A stretch of DNA of 64,000 bases from Hormiphora californensis. Its lineage: Eukaryota > Animalia > Ctenophora. Position 1 is the stretch's first letter; every line of letters starts with the position of its first letter. Of this stretch, positions 27,257 through 51,910 are shown piece after piece. The stretch is from contig CM035358.1 of the NCBI GenBank assembly GCA_020137815.1, positions 5,704,001 through 5,768,000 on the forward strand. The letters are read 5' to 3'. Both the position numbers and the translations under genes were made by a program. The notes below the pieces were generated by a model. It made no database searches. It was not told the origin of the DNA and saw only the letters and a program-made list of their open reading frames with translations.

Positions 27257-27786
27257 AAAAATCATCTCCGATGTAGAACCCTATCAAAAATGGAAGAAGT
27301 GGGTTTAGGGGGGCTAGTAGAACAAAAACAGTATTGGTTAGCGGATAAAGGGGCGTTGGGGGTCCACAGTTGGCTGGAAGATGCCTGTTCCACTGGTAAC
27401 CCTGAGCCGGAGAAGGCGGGGTAGGAACATAATAGTTGGCGATAATACACTGTGGGCCGCCTTGCCAAGATGTTTTTGTATTTTGTATTTTCTGATTTTT
27501 TTCCGTATTTCTGATACACAGCCACGCTCAGCCGCGGCCACACGGACCTGGAAATCGAACAGGGGGAAAAGGGGATGGGGAAAAAGGTACTCCGTGTGAC
27601 CCCGTTGCCCGGGGGAAACCGATTGGAGGTGGTGGCAGGTGGACCCCCCGCTTCCCCTTCTCCCCCCCCATGCTTCGTCTCTCCCCCCTCCTCCCTCTCC
27701 TCCTCTCCGGCTCTCTCTCTCTCTCTCTTTTCTCCCTCTCTCTCCTTCTCTCTCTCCTCCTCTCTCTCTCTCTCTCCTTCTCTCTC

Positions 27787-27822
<36 letters not shown>

Positions 27823-28001
27823 TCCCTGTGCTCCAACCCCCATTACTATTAAGAAAAGAAGATAGATTAGGAGAGTATAGGCCTATAAAGGGTTGGGTAT
27901 TTTAGAGGTAAATACACTGAGTAAAAACAAATGAAATGTCTGATACAATCAATCACAAATCATAGATTCATAACTCCCCATTAATTAGCTCTCCAATTAA
28001 T

Positions 28002-28970
28002 TCATACCTCCCCATTAATCAGCTCTCTAATAATTCTCTTCTGCTCCTCTATCCTCCTCTCCAAATCACACAGCACATTATCAGGAGACATACTATGTTG
28101 TGTTGCAGTGTGTAACAATACCCCCTCACCCTTTCTCTCTCCCTCCAGCCGTTCCTCGATCTGAGCGTGAATGTCCACAACCGCACTGATAATCCTATGC
28201 TCCACACTCCCATACCCAACTAACCCATAATCAACTGAATTCACCCATTTAGTAAGTGTTGGCATGTCAGTGTACAACTGGGTAATAGCTCCCGATAGCT
28301 CGGCTATTGATTTCAGTTCCCGTGATACACCCGTCATGTCAGTGTGGTTTGTAATTAACCGATCTAACATAGTTGAGCCCTGTAATTCAGTGCCTGGTAG
28401 AGTCCTGTTGCCTAGGATACCAGGAGCAGGATCTGAAGCGGCTAGGGTACAAGCAAACTCCCTTTCCAACCTCTCACATCGTCTCTTTTTGTATTGAATA
28501 TCAAGGGATGCTTCATATAGATCTCCATGTCTCGAGGTAGGGTGTCTGGATGCCTGGTCAGGGTGTCTAGATGCCTGGTCAGGGTGTCTGGTTTGGTGTT
28601 TCACCAGTGTTTCACAGTTCAACAACCTAACAATTCTAGCGTGAATCTCCTCCTCAATCACTGATAACACATTGAACTCCGTAAGAAGATAGTGGAACAA
28701 TCTCAAACACGCGTATGAGCTGGTACCGATATCAGTGTAAAAAGGGAACCCAATTAGCCGGGCAACACTGCTTAATTGTTCGAGGGAGTCAACGCTCACC
28801 CCGGTAGATCTTTCATTAACAAAGTTAACAAGGTGGATGAGAAAATTGGAGATATCCTCGTGGGATTTGGGGTCGTTAAACTTTGATAATCGTAGTGTTT
28901 CCGGGTGTATGGAGAAGTGGAAGGTGGAGAACAGCTTGGAGAGACCGAGAATTACATCTTTGATCGCCAT
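28002..28970 (-). CDS. TEDC1: TEDC1-like protein (tubulin epsilon and delta complex 1 / C14orf80 family), intronless CDS, 322 aa
   Basis: N-terminal HPETLRLSKFNDP...IGFP...SSYACLRLFHYLL resembles the PE.FR.AKF..P...GYP...SRELLLAL.WLL pattern of TEDC1 as I recall it; C-terminal coiled coil. Confidence 0.6.
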   Translation of the reverse strand: MAIKDVILGLSKLFSTFHFSIHPETLRLSKFNDPKSHEDISNFLIHLVNFVNERSTGVSVDSLEQLSSVARLIGFPFYTDIGTSSYACLRLFHYLLTEFNVLSVIEEEIHARIVRLLNCETLVKHQTRHPDQASRHPDQASRHPTSRHGDLYEASLDIQYKKRRCERLEREFACTLAASDPAPGILGNRTLPGTELQGSTMLDRLITNHTDMTGVSRELKSIAELSGAITQLYTDMPTLTKWVNSVDYGLVGYGSVEHRIISAVVDIHAQIEERLEGERKGEGVLLHTATQHSMSPDNVLCDLERRIEEQKRIIRELINGEV

Positions 28971-29180
28971 GGTACCTAAATATTGGGAGAGATTGGGATT
29001 AGATTAGGTTGCAAAGTGCAAACAGTATGGGCCAAGGGGAGGTAACGGCTTGGATGGGGAAATGGGTTATAAATTGGGCCATGGGGGGGGGCGGCAAGGT
29101 GAGAAAACAACAAGGGTATAACAAATTTAAACATAATTAAGTAATATTAAATTTGAAAGACAGTCTCTTCAGCTCTAAAG

Positions 29181-31040
29181 TGTTTTGGTGATCATCTAGA
29201 TCTTCTCATCACTGCCCAATGTAGAGTCCGTCTTTATCTGGAGAGGTGTTCCCTCCAGGTACCACAACATCACCACCCCACTTAGTTAACAGGTAGTTCA
29301 GCACCTCAACATTGTTACATGTGATGATGAAGGCGGTCTCTGTTTTGGTGATCATCTAGATCTTCTCATCACTGCCCAATGTAGAGTCCATCTTTATCTG
29401 GAGAGGTGTTCCCTCCAGGTACCACAACATCACCACCCCACTTTGCTAACAGGTAGTTCAGCACCTCAACATTGTTACATGTGATGATGAAGGCGGTCTC
29501 TGTTTTGGTGATCGTTTAGCTCATCTGGACAGTAATGATACTGCATGGTACACCACTTGACCATGATCCATCCACCTGACATGTCAGTGTTGCACTTATG
29601 GCAGCACATTCGATGGTTACAATTGTCCTTACTGTGTGGCAGACAAGTTTCCTTGTGTTGATCCCTAATCAGAAAAGGCAGGACACTTGATAGAGTACCA
29701 CTTCCTGCGATCGTTCAGCACCTCAACATTGTTACATGTGGTGATGAAGGCGGTCTCTGTTTTGGTGATCATCTAGATCTTCTCATCACTGCCCAGTGTA
29801 GAGTCCGTCTTTATCTGGAGAGGTGTTCCCTCCAGGTCCCAGGGTATATTCACATTCCGCTCTACAGCTGTCCAGTCTGAAATACAAAAAAGAGATTAAA
29901 CACTAAAGTTAAACACTGTGTCCCCCTCACCCATCCATCTCACTGGGAGATGGTCGGGTTTCATGTTGTCCATGATGGGTGGACAACAGCTTCATCCCGC
30001 GAAGAGTGTCCGCCCTGACTGTTGGGGCACTATTAGCGGGGTGAGCGGTTCTACTGGAAATCACATCTTGTGTAATTGATTTCATCATCATGGTTTAGAA
30101 AAAGTTCTGCTAGTTGCTAGAATTTGTGAGTATGTAACTCACCATAATGACAGAAGATAAGTTGTCGCCAGAGGGGGCTTAGCTCATCTGGACAGTAGTG
30201 ATACTGCATGGTACACCAATTGACCATGATCCATCCACCTGACATGTCAGTGTTGCACTTATAGCAGCACATTCGATGGTTACAATTGTCCTTACTGATG
30301 AGGCAGACAAGTTTCCTTGTGTTGATCCCTTAACAGTAAAGGCAGGACACTTAATAGAGTACCACTTCCTGCGATCGTTCAGCACCTCAACATTGTTACA
30401 TGTGATGATGAAGGCGGTCTCTGTTTTGGTGATCATCTAGATCTTGTCATCACTGCCCAGTGTAGAGTCCGTCTTTATCTGGAGAGGTGTTCCCTCCAGG
30501 TCCCAGGGTATATTCACATTCCGCTCTACAGCTGTCCAGTCTGAAATACAAAAAAAAGATTAAACAATAAAGTTAAACACTGTGTCCCCTTCACCCATCC
30601 ACCTCACTGGTAGATGGTCGCGGTCGGGTTGTCCATGGTGTGTTCTCAACAGCTTCATCCCGCGAATAGTGCCCGCCCTGACTGTCAGGGCTCTTAGCGG
30701 GGTGAGCGGTTCTACTGGAAATCACATCAAGTGTAATTGATTTCATCATCATGGTTTAGAAAAAGTTCTGCTAGAATTTCTGAGTAGGTCACTTACCATA
30801 ATGACAGAAGATAAGTTGTCGCCAGAGGGGGCTTAGCTCATCTGGACAGTAATGATACTGCATTGTACATCACTTGACCATGATCGATCCACCTGACATG
30901 TCAGTGTTGCACTTATGGCAGCACATTCGATGGTTACAATTGTCTCTGCTGAGTGACAGACAAGTTTCCTTGTGTTGATCCCTTAACAGTAAAGGCAGGA
31001 CACTTAATAGATCCAGTGGGGAAATAGCTCATCTGGACAG
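29181..31040 (-). pseudogene. Tandemly duplicated (~660-bp and 159-bp units) decayed exon fragments of an extracellular multidomain protein
   Basis: Acceptor followed by WTAVERNVNIPWDLEGTPLQIKTDSTLGSDEKI* (in-frame stop), then ITKTETAFIITCNNVEVLN and a sushi-like TLTCQVDGSWS..PC; repeated 2-4 times. Confidence 0.6.
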
Positions 31041-31494
31041 CAGCGACACTGCATCTCCCAATTCTTATGGAGCTAGACAGTTTTGTAATTTGGACTTTTT
31101 TTATCTTTTGAAATCGAAGAAATTAAAAATGCAGCCAGGTTGCAAAATAAAAGCGCGCAAATGATTAGATGCAGCGCAAAACGTTTCTACGTTGCATTAC
31201 CAAAATGCGCGTCGCAACCGTCTTAAAAAACTTCGGTTTCGTCGGTTTCGTCGCGTCTTTCATTTTACTTTTTTGTCTGCTCGTTTGAGTTTTGAGAAGC
31301 GTTGCTTTATCCCGATTTGTCCGTCCGTCTCGCTTATAATTTCTACTTTCTCTAATAAATAAGGATATATTTAAATTTTTGCTTATTTTGCTTATTGCTT
31401 TCAAATTTCAAATGTTCTCAGATAAGGGCTGCGCCCTGTGGCGCCTGATTGTTTTTAGAACTTTTACTCTTAATTTCAACTTCATAGTTGTGCT

Positions 31495-44964
<13,470 letters not shown>

Positions 44965-45279
44965 AGGTAATATATGACGTGGCGTTTAGCTGGAATGTGT
45001 GAACAGTTTTTTCATTTGTTTGTATTCTGTCTAACCCCATCCCTTTTTTCAGCGCACATCAAAAAAGGATGAAGCTCTGACGGAACAATTCACCGTGGTT
45101 CAGATCTACTATATAATAGACACTTTTCCTGCCCCCTCTCCTATTTTGCCCCTTTTCCCATTGCCTCCCGACGGAGGTGTTTTTTATTTTTCTTTAAAGT
45201 TTTTTTTGCTATTTTTTTCGATTTTTTTTCCGTTTTTTATTTAATAGTTCTTTCACCGTTCCTTGATGTTTCTCCCGTA

Positions 45280-45924
45280 GTGGAGAAGGAGAAGAAAAGA
45301 GATCCTCGCATCATGATCAATGATCTTGACCAGGACCTGCTGGAAAAAGATCGCCTTCTGTCAGAGATTGTCAGTGATAAGAATGAGTCTGTGAAGAGAC
45401 TAGTTGGGGAGGGTCACCTGGTGAAAGTGGTCCATGTAAACAGAACAGGAAGATATGCAGTGTTCCAGGTCTCTCCAGAAGTGAGGAAGGCGATATCAGA
45501 AAGGAAGGACAAGCTATTCTTGAAACTTCGACAGCATTCAGTGAGGAACAGGTTTTATGTCACGCAGTGTTTTCACTGCCAGCGCTTTGGCCATGTAGCA
45601 GGATCCATCTACTGCCCAAACAAGGATAAATCTCCAGTTTGTGCCTTCTGTACGGGAGATCATGACACTAGGAGTTGCCATGCCAAGAAGGAAAATGTAG
45701 TTAGCAGGATGAAATGTGTCAACTGTGATCATGGAGGAAGCAGAGAGGACAAGCGCCATGCTCAAAGTCACCCAGCCTCCAGCAGTATGTGTCCATTCTA
45801 TGTAAATGCTAAAGGAAGACTCATGGAGAGTACCAGTGGAGTAACGAAGCAGGAAAAAAACGTGTACCTGACGAGGGCATGGGAGGATCTGAGAGGAAAA
45901 CGTCTTGGAGGATTGGCACACTAA
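45280..45924 (+). CDS. LINE ORF1 (gag-like, three zinc knuckles), N-terminally truncated
   Basis: CFHCQRFGH..C, CAFCTGDH..C, CVNC..H..C; overlaps ORF2 by 46 nt. Confidence 0.8.
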   Translation: MEKEKKRDPRIMINDLDQDLLEKDRLLSEIVSDKNESVKRLVGEGHLVKVVHVNRTGRYAVFQVSPEVRKAISERKDKLFLKLRQHSVRNRFYVTQCFHCQRFGHVAGSIYCPNKDKSPVCAFCTGDHDTRSCHAKKENVVSRMKCVNCDHGGSREDKRHAQSHPASSSMCPFYVNAKGRLMESTSGVTKQEKNVYLTRAWEDLRGKRLGGLAH

Positions 45925-48854
45925 ACGTCCACTCAGTTATGAATAAGACGTCAGGTGTAATTACACACTTAGAGGAAAAAGGATGTGACATCTGCTTGGT
46001 ACAGGAGACTTATCTGAAACAGAGTGACACAGCTAAACTTCAGGAGATCAGGGACTATGGTTGGAATATCTTCTCCTCGCCTAGAGCGGAACGTTCAGGA
46101 GGTGGAATTGGAATCTTGTACAGGGATGGTGTCAAGTTGAAGTATACTCCGGTAAAAGCCAAGTTTAAATCGTTTCAAGTCCAGGAAGCCCTTATTGGAG
46201 GAGGAAAAGATGTGACGAGGCTATGCAATATCTATAGACCTCCGTATACTGACAAGGCACGGTTTACGGAAGCCCAGTTCTTGGATGAGTTTACCGATTA
46301 TTTGTCAGAGTTGGTCTGCAAAACGGGGAACCCTATCCTGATGGGGGACTTTAACTTCCAGGTTCAAGATACTCAGAACTTCTATGCCAAGAAGTTGCTT
46401 GGACTACTCGACTCTCTTGGATTTGATCAGCGGGTCCCACTACAACCTACTCATGTTCGTGGTGGTACTTTGGATCTGCTTCTCTGCCAAAAAGACAGAT
46501 ATTCTAAGGTTCAATCAGTTGAAGTATTTCCTGACGGAACGACCTCTGATCATTTTCTTGTATTGGCGGAGCTGTGTATTGAAACTGTAGCAAGTGAATA
46601 CAAGACTCGTGAAAAAGTGGACATGTACAGAGATTTCAAGGCTGTTGATATTGAAATACTTCGATGTGCTTTTAGGAGTGTGGATTGGAGTGAAGCGATG
46701 GAATCTGGATCAGCTGAGGAGGTTTTGTGTATTTATATGAGGAAACTTGAGGAACTTGTGGATAGGACTGTCCCGTTGAAGAGGAGAAAGAAGAGAGGAG
46801 CTAAGCTGAGGCCATGGAGAGATAATCCAGAGGTGCGTCAAGTTCTTCGTCAGCGGCGGAATGCTGAGCGAGCCTGGGAGAACAATAAAACCAGCGTCAC
46901 GAAGAAGCAGTTCAATGAACTCAAGAGGCAGTTTGGGCGTGTTGACAAGGAAGCGAGGACAAACTACGTCAAGGAAGACTTGGAGGAGTCCAGAGATGAC
47001 CCCAAAGCACTTCAAAGGAAATTGAACCGTCTACTTGGTAATACTGAGACCTTTATGCCGGAAACCACAGATAAGCGGAGGTTAGCGGATGACTTTGCGG
47101 ACTTCTTTGTTGGAAAAGTTGATAAGATCCGGTCTACTGTTATTGGAGAGAAGAATCTGAGGACTAAGAGGAACCCTATTCATCAGACACCCGTCTGTTG
47201 TTTTGAGGAATTTGAGGAAGTTTCCCCAGAGAAACTAAAGAGGATAATCAAAGACATGCCAGACAAGACATGTGATCTTGACCCTATACCGACTTGGTTA
47301 GTGAAGGGGTGTATGCATGAGCTAGCTCCAGTCTTGTGCAGGTTTATTAACCTATCCCTTGGATGTTCCAGTGTTCCTGAACTTCTCCAGCAAGCTTTGG
47401 TGTTTCCAACGATTAAGAACCCTTATGGCGATAAGGACACTTTGACCAATTATCGGCCAGTCTCCAACCTATCTTTTGTCTCCAAGCTTCTTGAAAAGAT
47501 AGTTCTAGAGCAGCTCAACTCGTATCTTAATGAGAACGAGTTACTAAATAAGCATCAATCAGGTTACAGGGTGAATCATAGCTGTGAAACCCTACTGATG
47601 GGTATGTTTGATGATCTCCTTCGGGATATGGATGAAGGAAAGGTCGCAGGCCTCTTTCTATTAGATATGAGCGCCGCTTTTGACACAGTGGACCATGGAA
47701 AGCTGCTAGAAGTTCTTAAAGAACGGTTTGGAGTGAAGGGTTCTGTCTTGGATTGGTTCGCCAACTATCTACAAATGAGGACTTATCGGGTAAACGTGGA
47801 AGGGGAACTTTCGAGGATCGTCTCTCTGATTTGTGGAGTTCCGCAAGGTTCACTGCTTGGACCTGTGTTGTTTTTACTGTATGTGGAGGAATTGCAAGAT
47901 TTGGTCAAACCGTATGGCCTAAGGATTAAACTTTATGCTGATGACTCGCAATTGTACATCAGCTTTGTTCCAACTGATGAGGAAAACTGGAAACTGGCAA
48001 AGGAGAGGACTGAGGAATGCTTGTCAAGTGTGAAAGAGTGGATGAGTGAGCACTGGCTAAAGTGCAATGAGGCAAAGACTGAATTCCTGCTGTTAGGCAA
48101 AAACAGCGCCCTGGATAAGATGGTCTATCAGCCCACTGTGGACTTTGGTGGAGTGGAGATAAGCCCAGTGGACTTTACGGGGAGTACAGGGAAAACACTA
48201 GGAGTGTTCCTTGATAGCAACCTCTCTATGGAGAGGCAAATCAACAGTGTTAAGAGGCAATGTGGTTTGTTGTTGAAGAATCTATGGCAGGTAAACCGGT
48301 GTCTAGATAGATCGACGAAGATACTCCTTGTTAAGCAGCTCATCATTTCAAGACTGGATTACTGTAATATCCTTTACCATGGCTTACCTAAGAAGCTTCT
48401 CAACAGCCTTCAGAGAGTCTTGAACTCGTGTGTCAGATTTGTTTATGGCCTACACGGTCACCAAGACACCTACATGCCATACTTGAAAGAATTGCATGTT
48501 CTTCCTGTGGAACAACGAGTCACGTTCAAAGCATGCCTTATGGCGTACAAGATTGTACATGGATTGGCCCCTGACTACCTGCAAGATCAGGTCCCTGTTG
48601 ATGATGGACTTCATGTGATCCGGGCTACTAGAGGAAATGCTTGGCCTGATGGCCTCAAGCTGAAGTACCCTAAGCTATCAAGTGTCAACGCGACTTCCAA
48701 GTTGAGAAGAAGACGTCCGTCAGTCTACCTGCCTGAAGTCTGGAATAGGCTTCCCCTTGATCTGAGAGCTGTTGAGTCTGTGGAATCTTTCAAGTCTAAG
48801 CTCAAGACTAGTCTTTTCACTGAGGCTTTTGGTGAGACTGGACTGTCCTCTTAA
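45879..48854 (+). CDS. LINE ORF2: APE endonuclease plus reverse transcriptase (991 aa, uninterrupted)
   Basis: VQET, MGDFN, SDH (APE); YRPVSNL, LLDMSAAFDTVDH, GVPQGSLLGP, YADD; L2-type SRLDYCN and LHVLPVEQR. Confidence 0.95.
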   Translation: MGGSERKTSWRIGTLNVHSVMNKTSGVITHLEEKGCDICLVQETYLKQSDTAKLQEIRDYGWNIFSSPRAERSGGGIGILYRDGVKLKYTPVKAKFKSFQVQEALIGGGKDVTRLCNIYRPPYTDKARFTEAQFLDEFTDYLSELVCKTGNPILMGDFNFQVQDTQNFYAKKLLGLLDSLGFDQRVPLQPTHVRGGTLDLLLCQKDRYSKVQSVEVFPDGTTSDHFLVLAELCIETVASEYKTREKVDMYRDFKAVDIEILRCAFRSVDWSEAMESGSAEEVLCIYMRKLEELVDRTVPLKRRKKRGAKLRPWRDNPEVRQVLRQRRNAERAWENNKTSVTKKQFNELKRQFGRVDKEARTNYVKEDLEESRDDPKALQRKLNRLLGNTETFMPETTDKRRLADDFADFFVGKVDKIRSTVIGEKNLRTKRNPIHQTPVCCFEEFEEVSPEKLKRIIKDMPDKTCDLDPIPTWLVKGCMHELAPVLCRFINLSLGCSSVPELLQQALVFPTIKNPYGDKDTLTNYRPVSNLSFVSKLLEKIVLEQLNSYLNENELLNKHQSGYRVNHSCETLLMGMFDDLLRDMDEGKVAGLFLLDMSAAFDTVDHGKLLEVLKERFGVKGSVLDWFANYLQMRTYRVNVEGELSRIVSLICGVPQGSLLGPVLFLLYVEELQDLVKPYGLRIKLYADDSQLYISFVPTDEENWKLAKERTEECLSSVKEWMSEHWLKCNEAKTEFLLLGKNSALDKMVYQPTVDFGGVEISPVDFTGSTGKTLGVFLDSNLSMERQINSVKRQCGLLLKNLWQVNRCLDRSTKILLVKQLIISRLDYCNILYHGLPKKLLNSLQRVLNSCVRFVYGLHGHQDTYMPYLKELHVLPVEQRVTFKACLMAYKIVHGLAPDYLQDQVPVDDGLHVIRATRGNAWPDGLKLKYPKLSSVNATSKLRRRRPSVYLPEVWNRLPLDLRAVESVESFKSKLKTSLFTEAFGETGLSS

Positions 48855-49242
48855 CACTCTCCTTCTTGCTGAGGTATGTGCTCTAGCTGGTACCCGTTTT
48901 TAATTATTTTTCTGTATTTTAAGCTCGTGGCGAGCAGAAGTGTGAAGCATAAATTGGGGTTTTTCATAGCACGAGTGTTTTTCTGTGTTTCCAATATACG
49001 GACTTTTATATCAATTTTTAGAGTTCCAGGACTCTAACTCAGTCTGTTATGTAATCAGTCACCGATAGTTATGTGAGCCGATAGTAATGTGAGCCGGTGT
49101 AATTTTTTCTTTATTATTTTTTGTTCTATTAGGGATAAGTTGGCGAGGTCTTACCAGTATATTAACCGTTCAGATCATCCTTCAGTGACAGCAGCAGTTT
49201 CGCTGCTCTGTCCCTGTCGGATATGGGCGGAATATAAACATA

Positions 49243-49278
<36 letters not shown>

Positions 49279-50036
49279 AGTTTGTATTATAGATAATTTT
49301 TTAAGTCTTGCAACTAAAGAACGTAAGAGAGAAGCAAACCTAACAGTGACGCTTGTAGTGGAAAAACGGTTTTCTAAGACGGTACGCGGACGTGTGCAGG
49401 TACTAAACTAAACCTGTGCACCATGTAAACGGGGCGTCTGCGTACCGTGTTTGAATGTCGTTTCTCCACTACAAGTGAACTTGTAACCTGCCGTTTCAGA
49501 CAGATATATTTTTGAGGTTGGCGGATGTTATTTTGGGTTTTATCAGGTTTATCCTTCATTAGTCTCTCATTAAACGAATAGAGATGTGATGGGTGCACCT
49601 GGTATCTCCCAACCGCTTGACCTTGTTTTTTGAGGTTTTTTTCGCAATCTGATTTTATCGCGAACGTCTAGGGTCCACAAGAGAAAGCGTCGCGTCCAGT
49701 GGTGGCCCTCCTATGTTTTGTTTTTTGTCTGAAACGTCGCTCCTAATACTGTTCTGCTTCCTGTTTTTGCAAGAAATTGTAGCGGATACTTCTCTTTATT
49801 TGTTACGGTGATCAGTTTGGGTCGGGGGTGCCTCGAGGATGCCTCAGGGTGCCTTGAGGATGCCCGATCCAAACTGTCCTGTTATCCCCTTTTTTCCACG
49901 GGATATGCTCTACATAATCGATCCTGCCAATAACTTTCTAAAGAAGAGAGAGATTTTCTTTTTCCGTATCGTTTTTTTGAAGTTTCTGTGTATGCTTCAG
50001 CCGCAGTTTATGTTATGAGCTATAAGTTATTAAACA

Positions 50037-50097
<61 letters not shown>

Positions 50098-50707
50098 GAC
50101 AGAGACACAGAGAGAGTGAGAGAGAGACAGAGAGAGAGAAAGCATGCCAAGGAAATGTAATTTGCGTGTGTTTGTTTGTGAACGTAGGAAAGTGTTTTGA
50201 ACCCTCAAAGTAATACCTGCATCACATATTTTTAACTGTGAACCAAATATACATGGACCTGGAGTAAGAATTTACCTGTTTTTTACAGAGCAACTAAGAA
50301 AAAAAGTACGGGTATATTTTTGCAAGTTGATCCCTTGTAAGGATGTGATCATTGATTATCATCTCTCTTTTAGGACCCCCTTTTCGCGAGCTCCGGAGGG
50401 TTATAACACAACAATTAAAGTGTGTTTCTTACTCCAACGTCTATTAAGAAATATGATAAGTACATTCTTCTCCTAGTATATAGGATGTTAACTAACGCTA
50501 AGTTCTATAAGAAGCATGTTTTTGTGATTTTGTGTGTGAGTGAGATGGAACTATATATTCTACACAAAAAGGAAAGCAAGTGTGATCATGTTTGTGTGTG
50601 TGTGATATGAGTGTGTGAGTGTGCCAGGCACGGTGTGTGTGGGTGGATTTGAGCATGATTTGCTGATGTCCTGATCCAGTATTTGATTTCTCGCCATGTA
50701 TGTTGAG

Positions 50708-50799
50708 CAGGAACCGGCCAATCAGAACTCGTTATTTAGGTCACGTGATTGGTTATCAGCCAATCAGGGACCAGTATTTCCTGATTCGGTCGGTTCCTG
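50708..50799. mobile_element. hAT-type MITE (copy 6, internally deleted)
   Basis: 8-bp TSD ATGTTGAG. Confidence 0.85.
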
Positions 50800-51109
50800 A
50801 TGTTGAGAGTGTCATGAGATGATGTGATATGTTTTTCATGTGTAGGCATTTTATCTTTCAACCCACCAAATTGATCCTTGTTTTTTGTCTAATTCAGAAA
50901 CCAGATCAAATCATTTGATCATTATGTCGCTGTGACAGCGTACAAAATTATCCTTGATGATAGGACCAGAGATCAATTAGATCATGCCTCTGCTGTAATT
51001 GGGGGGCCAATGGAAATGCTGTCATGTCTGGCGTCTCAGATCAGGTCGATTAGATGCAGCCACTAGCCAGCCAGTCGAGATGCAGGTCCATTGGGTGAAG
51101 CATTGATAA

Positions 51110-51338
51110 AGTCGGATTTTTTGAAACTGTCACCCCCCTGGGTATTTTCAATTTTTGTAAATGACCATAAATGGCCATATCTCCGGTTCCTGACGAGATA
51201 GAGACTTGAAATTTGGAGGTTACGAAGATCTTGCTAAGTTCTTCCGAACCTCCAAATTTCAAGTCTCTATCTTATCAGGAACCGGAGATATGGCAAATTT
51301 TGTTATTTCAGGGGGGTGACAGTTTCAAAAAATCCGAG
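51110..51338. mobile_element. MITE (TCGGATTTTTTGAAACTGTCACCCCCCTG TIR)
   Basis: Inverted ends plus an inner hairpin; related ends at 60719-60917. Confidence 0.7.
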
Positions 51339-51910
51339 TATACTTTTCCCACGAGACGCGCATAACAACTGCTAACAATAGTGAACACTAGAGTTTCAAA
51401 ACATCGCGCGCTCCAGCATTAACACGGGAGATGGTGTGACAAGGGGGGCAAAACTCGGGTCGATATTTCCACACTATGTGGACAAATAGTGTGTGTTGTG
51501 TGTGACCAATCGTGGTGTGCGTTTATTATCTGAGACCCCGGTGTCGGCTTGTTGTTTCTTTTATAAATTATAGTTCTTAGTTCATGGTCTAGTCACGCCT
51601 CCCAGACATTGTGGCCAGGTGATAACTCGAGTGTTGTTCAGGAGAGAAATTTTGAACCGAACAAGCTAGAGAGTTCTTTTTGTACAAAATACATATATGT
51701 AAAACTACAAATTAAAAACAACAGCAGTTTTTAAGGTCTATACACATGTTTCATGGTGCCCCACGAGGAGGCACCAATCATCATATGTAAAACTATAATA
51801 ATAATAACTTAATCCACATAGATCCAGTCCTTCAAATTGATTGTCCTAAGTATGAAAATAATCCATTTAAAAACTCAAATCTAGCCCTGAGGGTCTGGGG
51901 CCGGATAAAT

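Larger units (their letters stand above)
45250..49275 (+). mobile_element. 5'-truncated L2/CR1-group LINE with (TAT)n tail
   Basis: Partial ORF1 plus intact ORF2, 3' UTR ending in (TAT)n at ~49245-49275; candidate TSD TTAATAGTT at 45241 and ~49273. Confidence 0.9.

Noticed and set aside
25934-27905. ORFs rich in SL/RE dipeptides or GAGSAV repeats
   Set aside because: Produced by (CT)n microsatellites and the antisense of the minisatellite; no coherent exon chain found.
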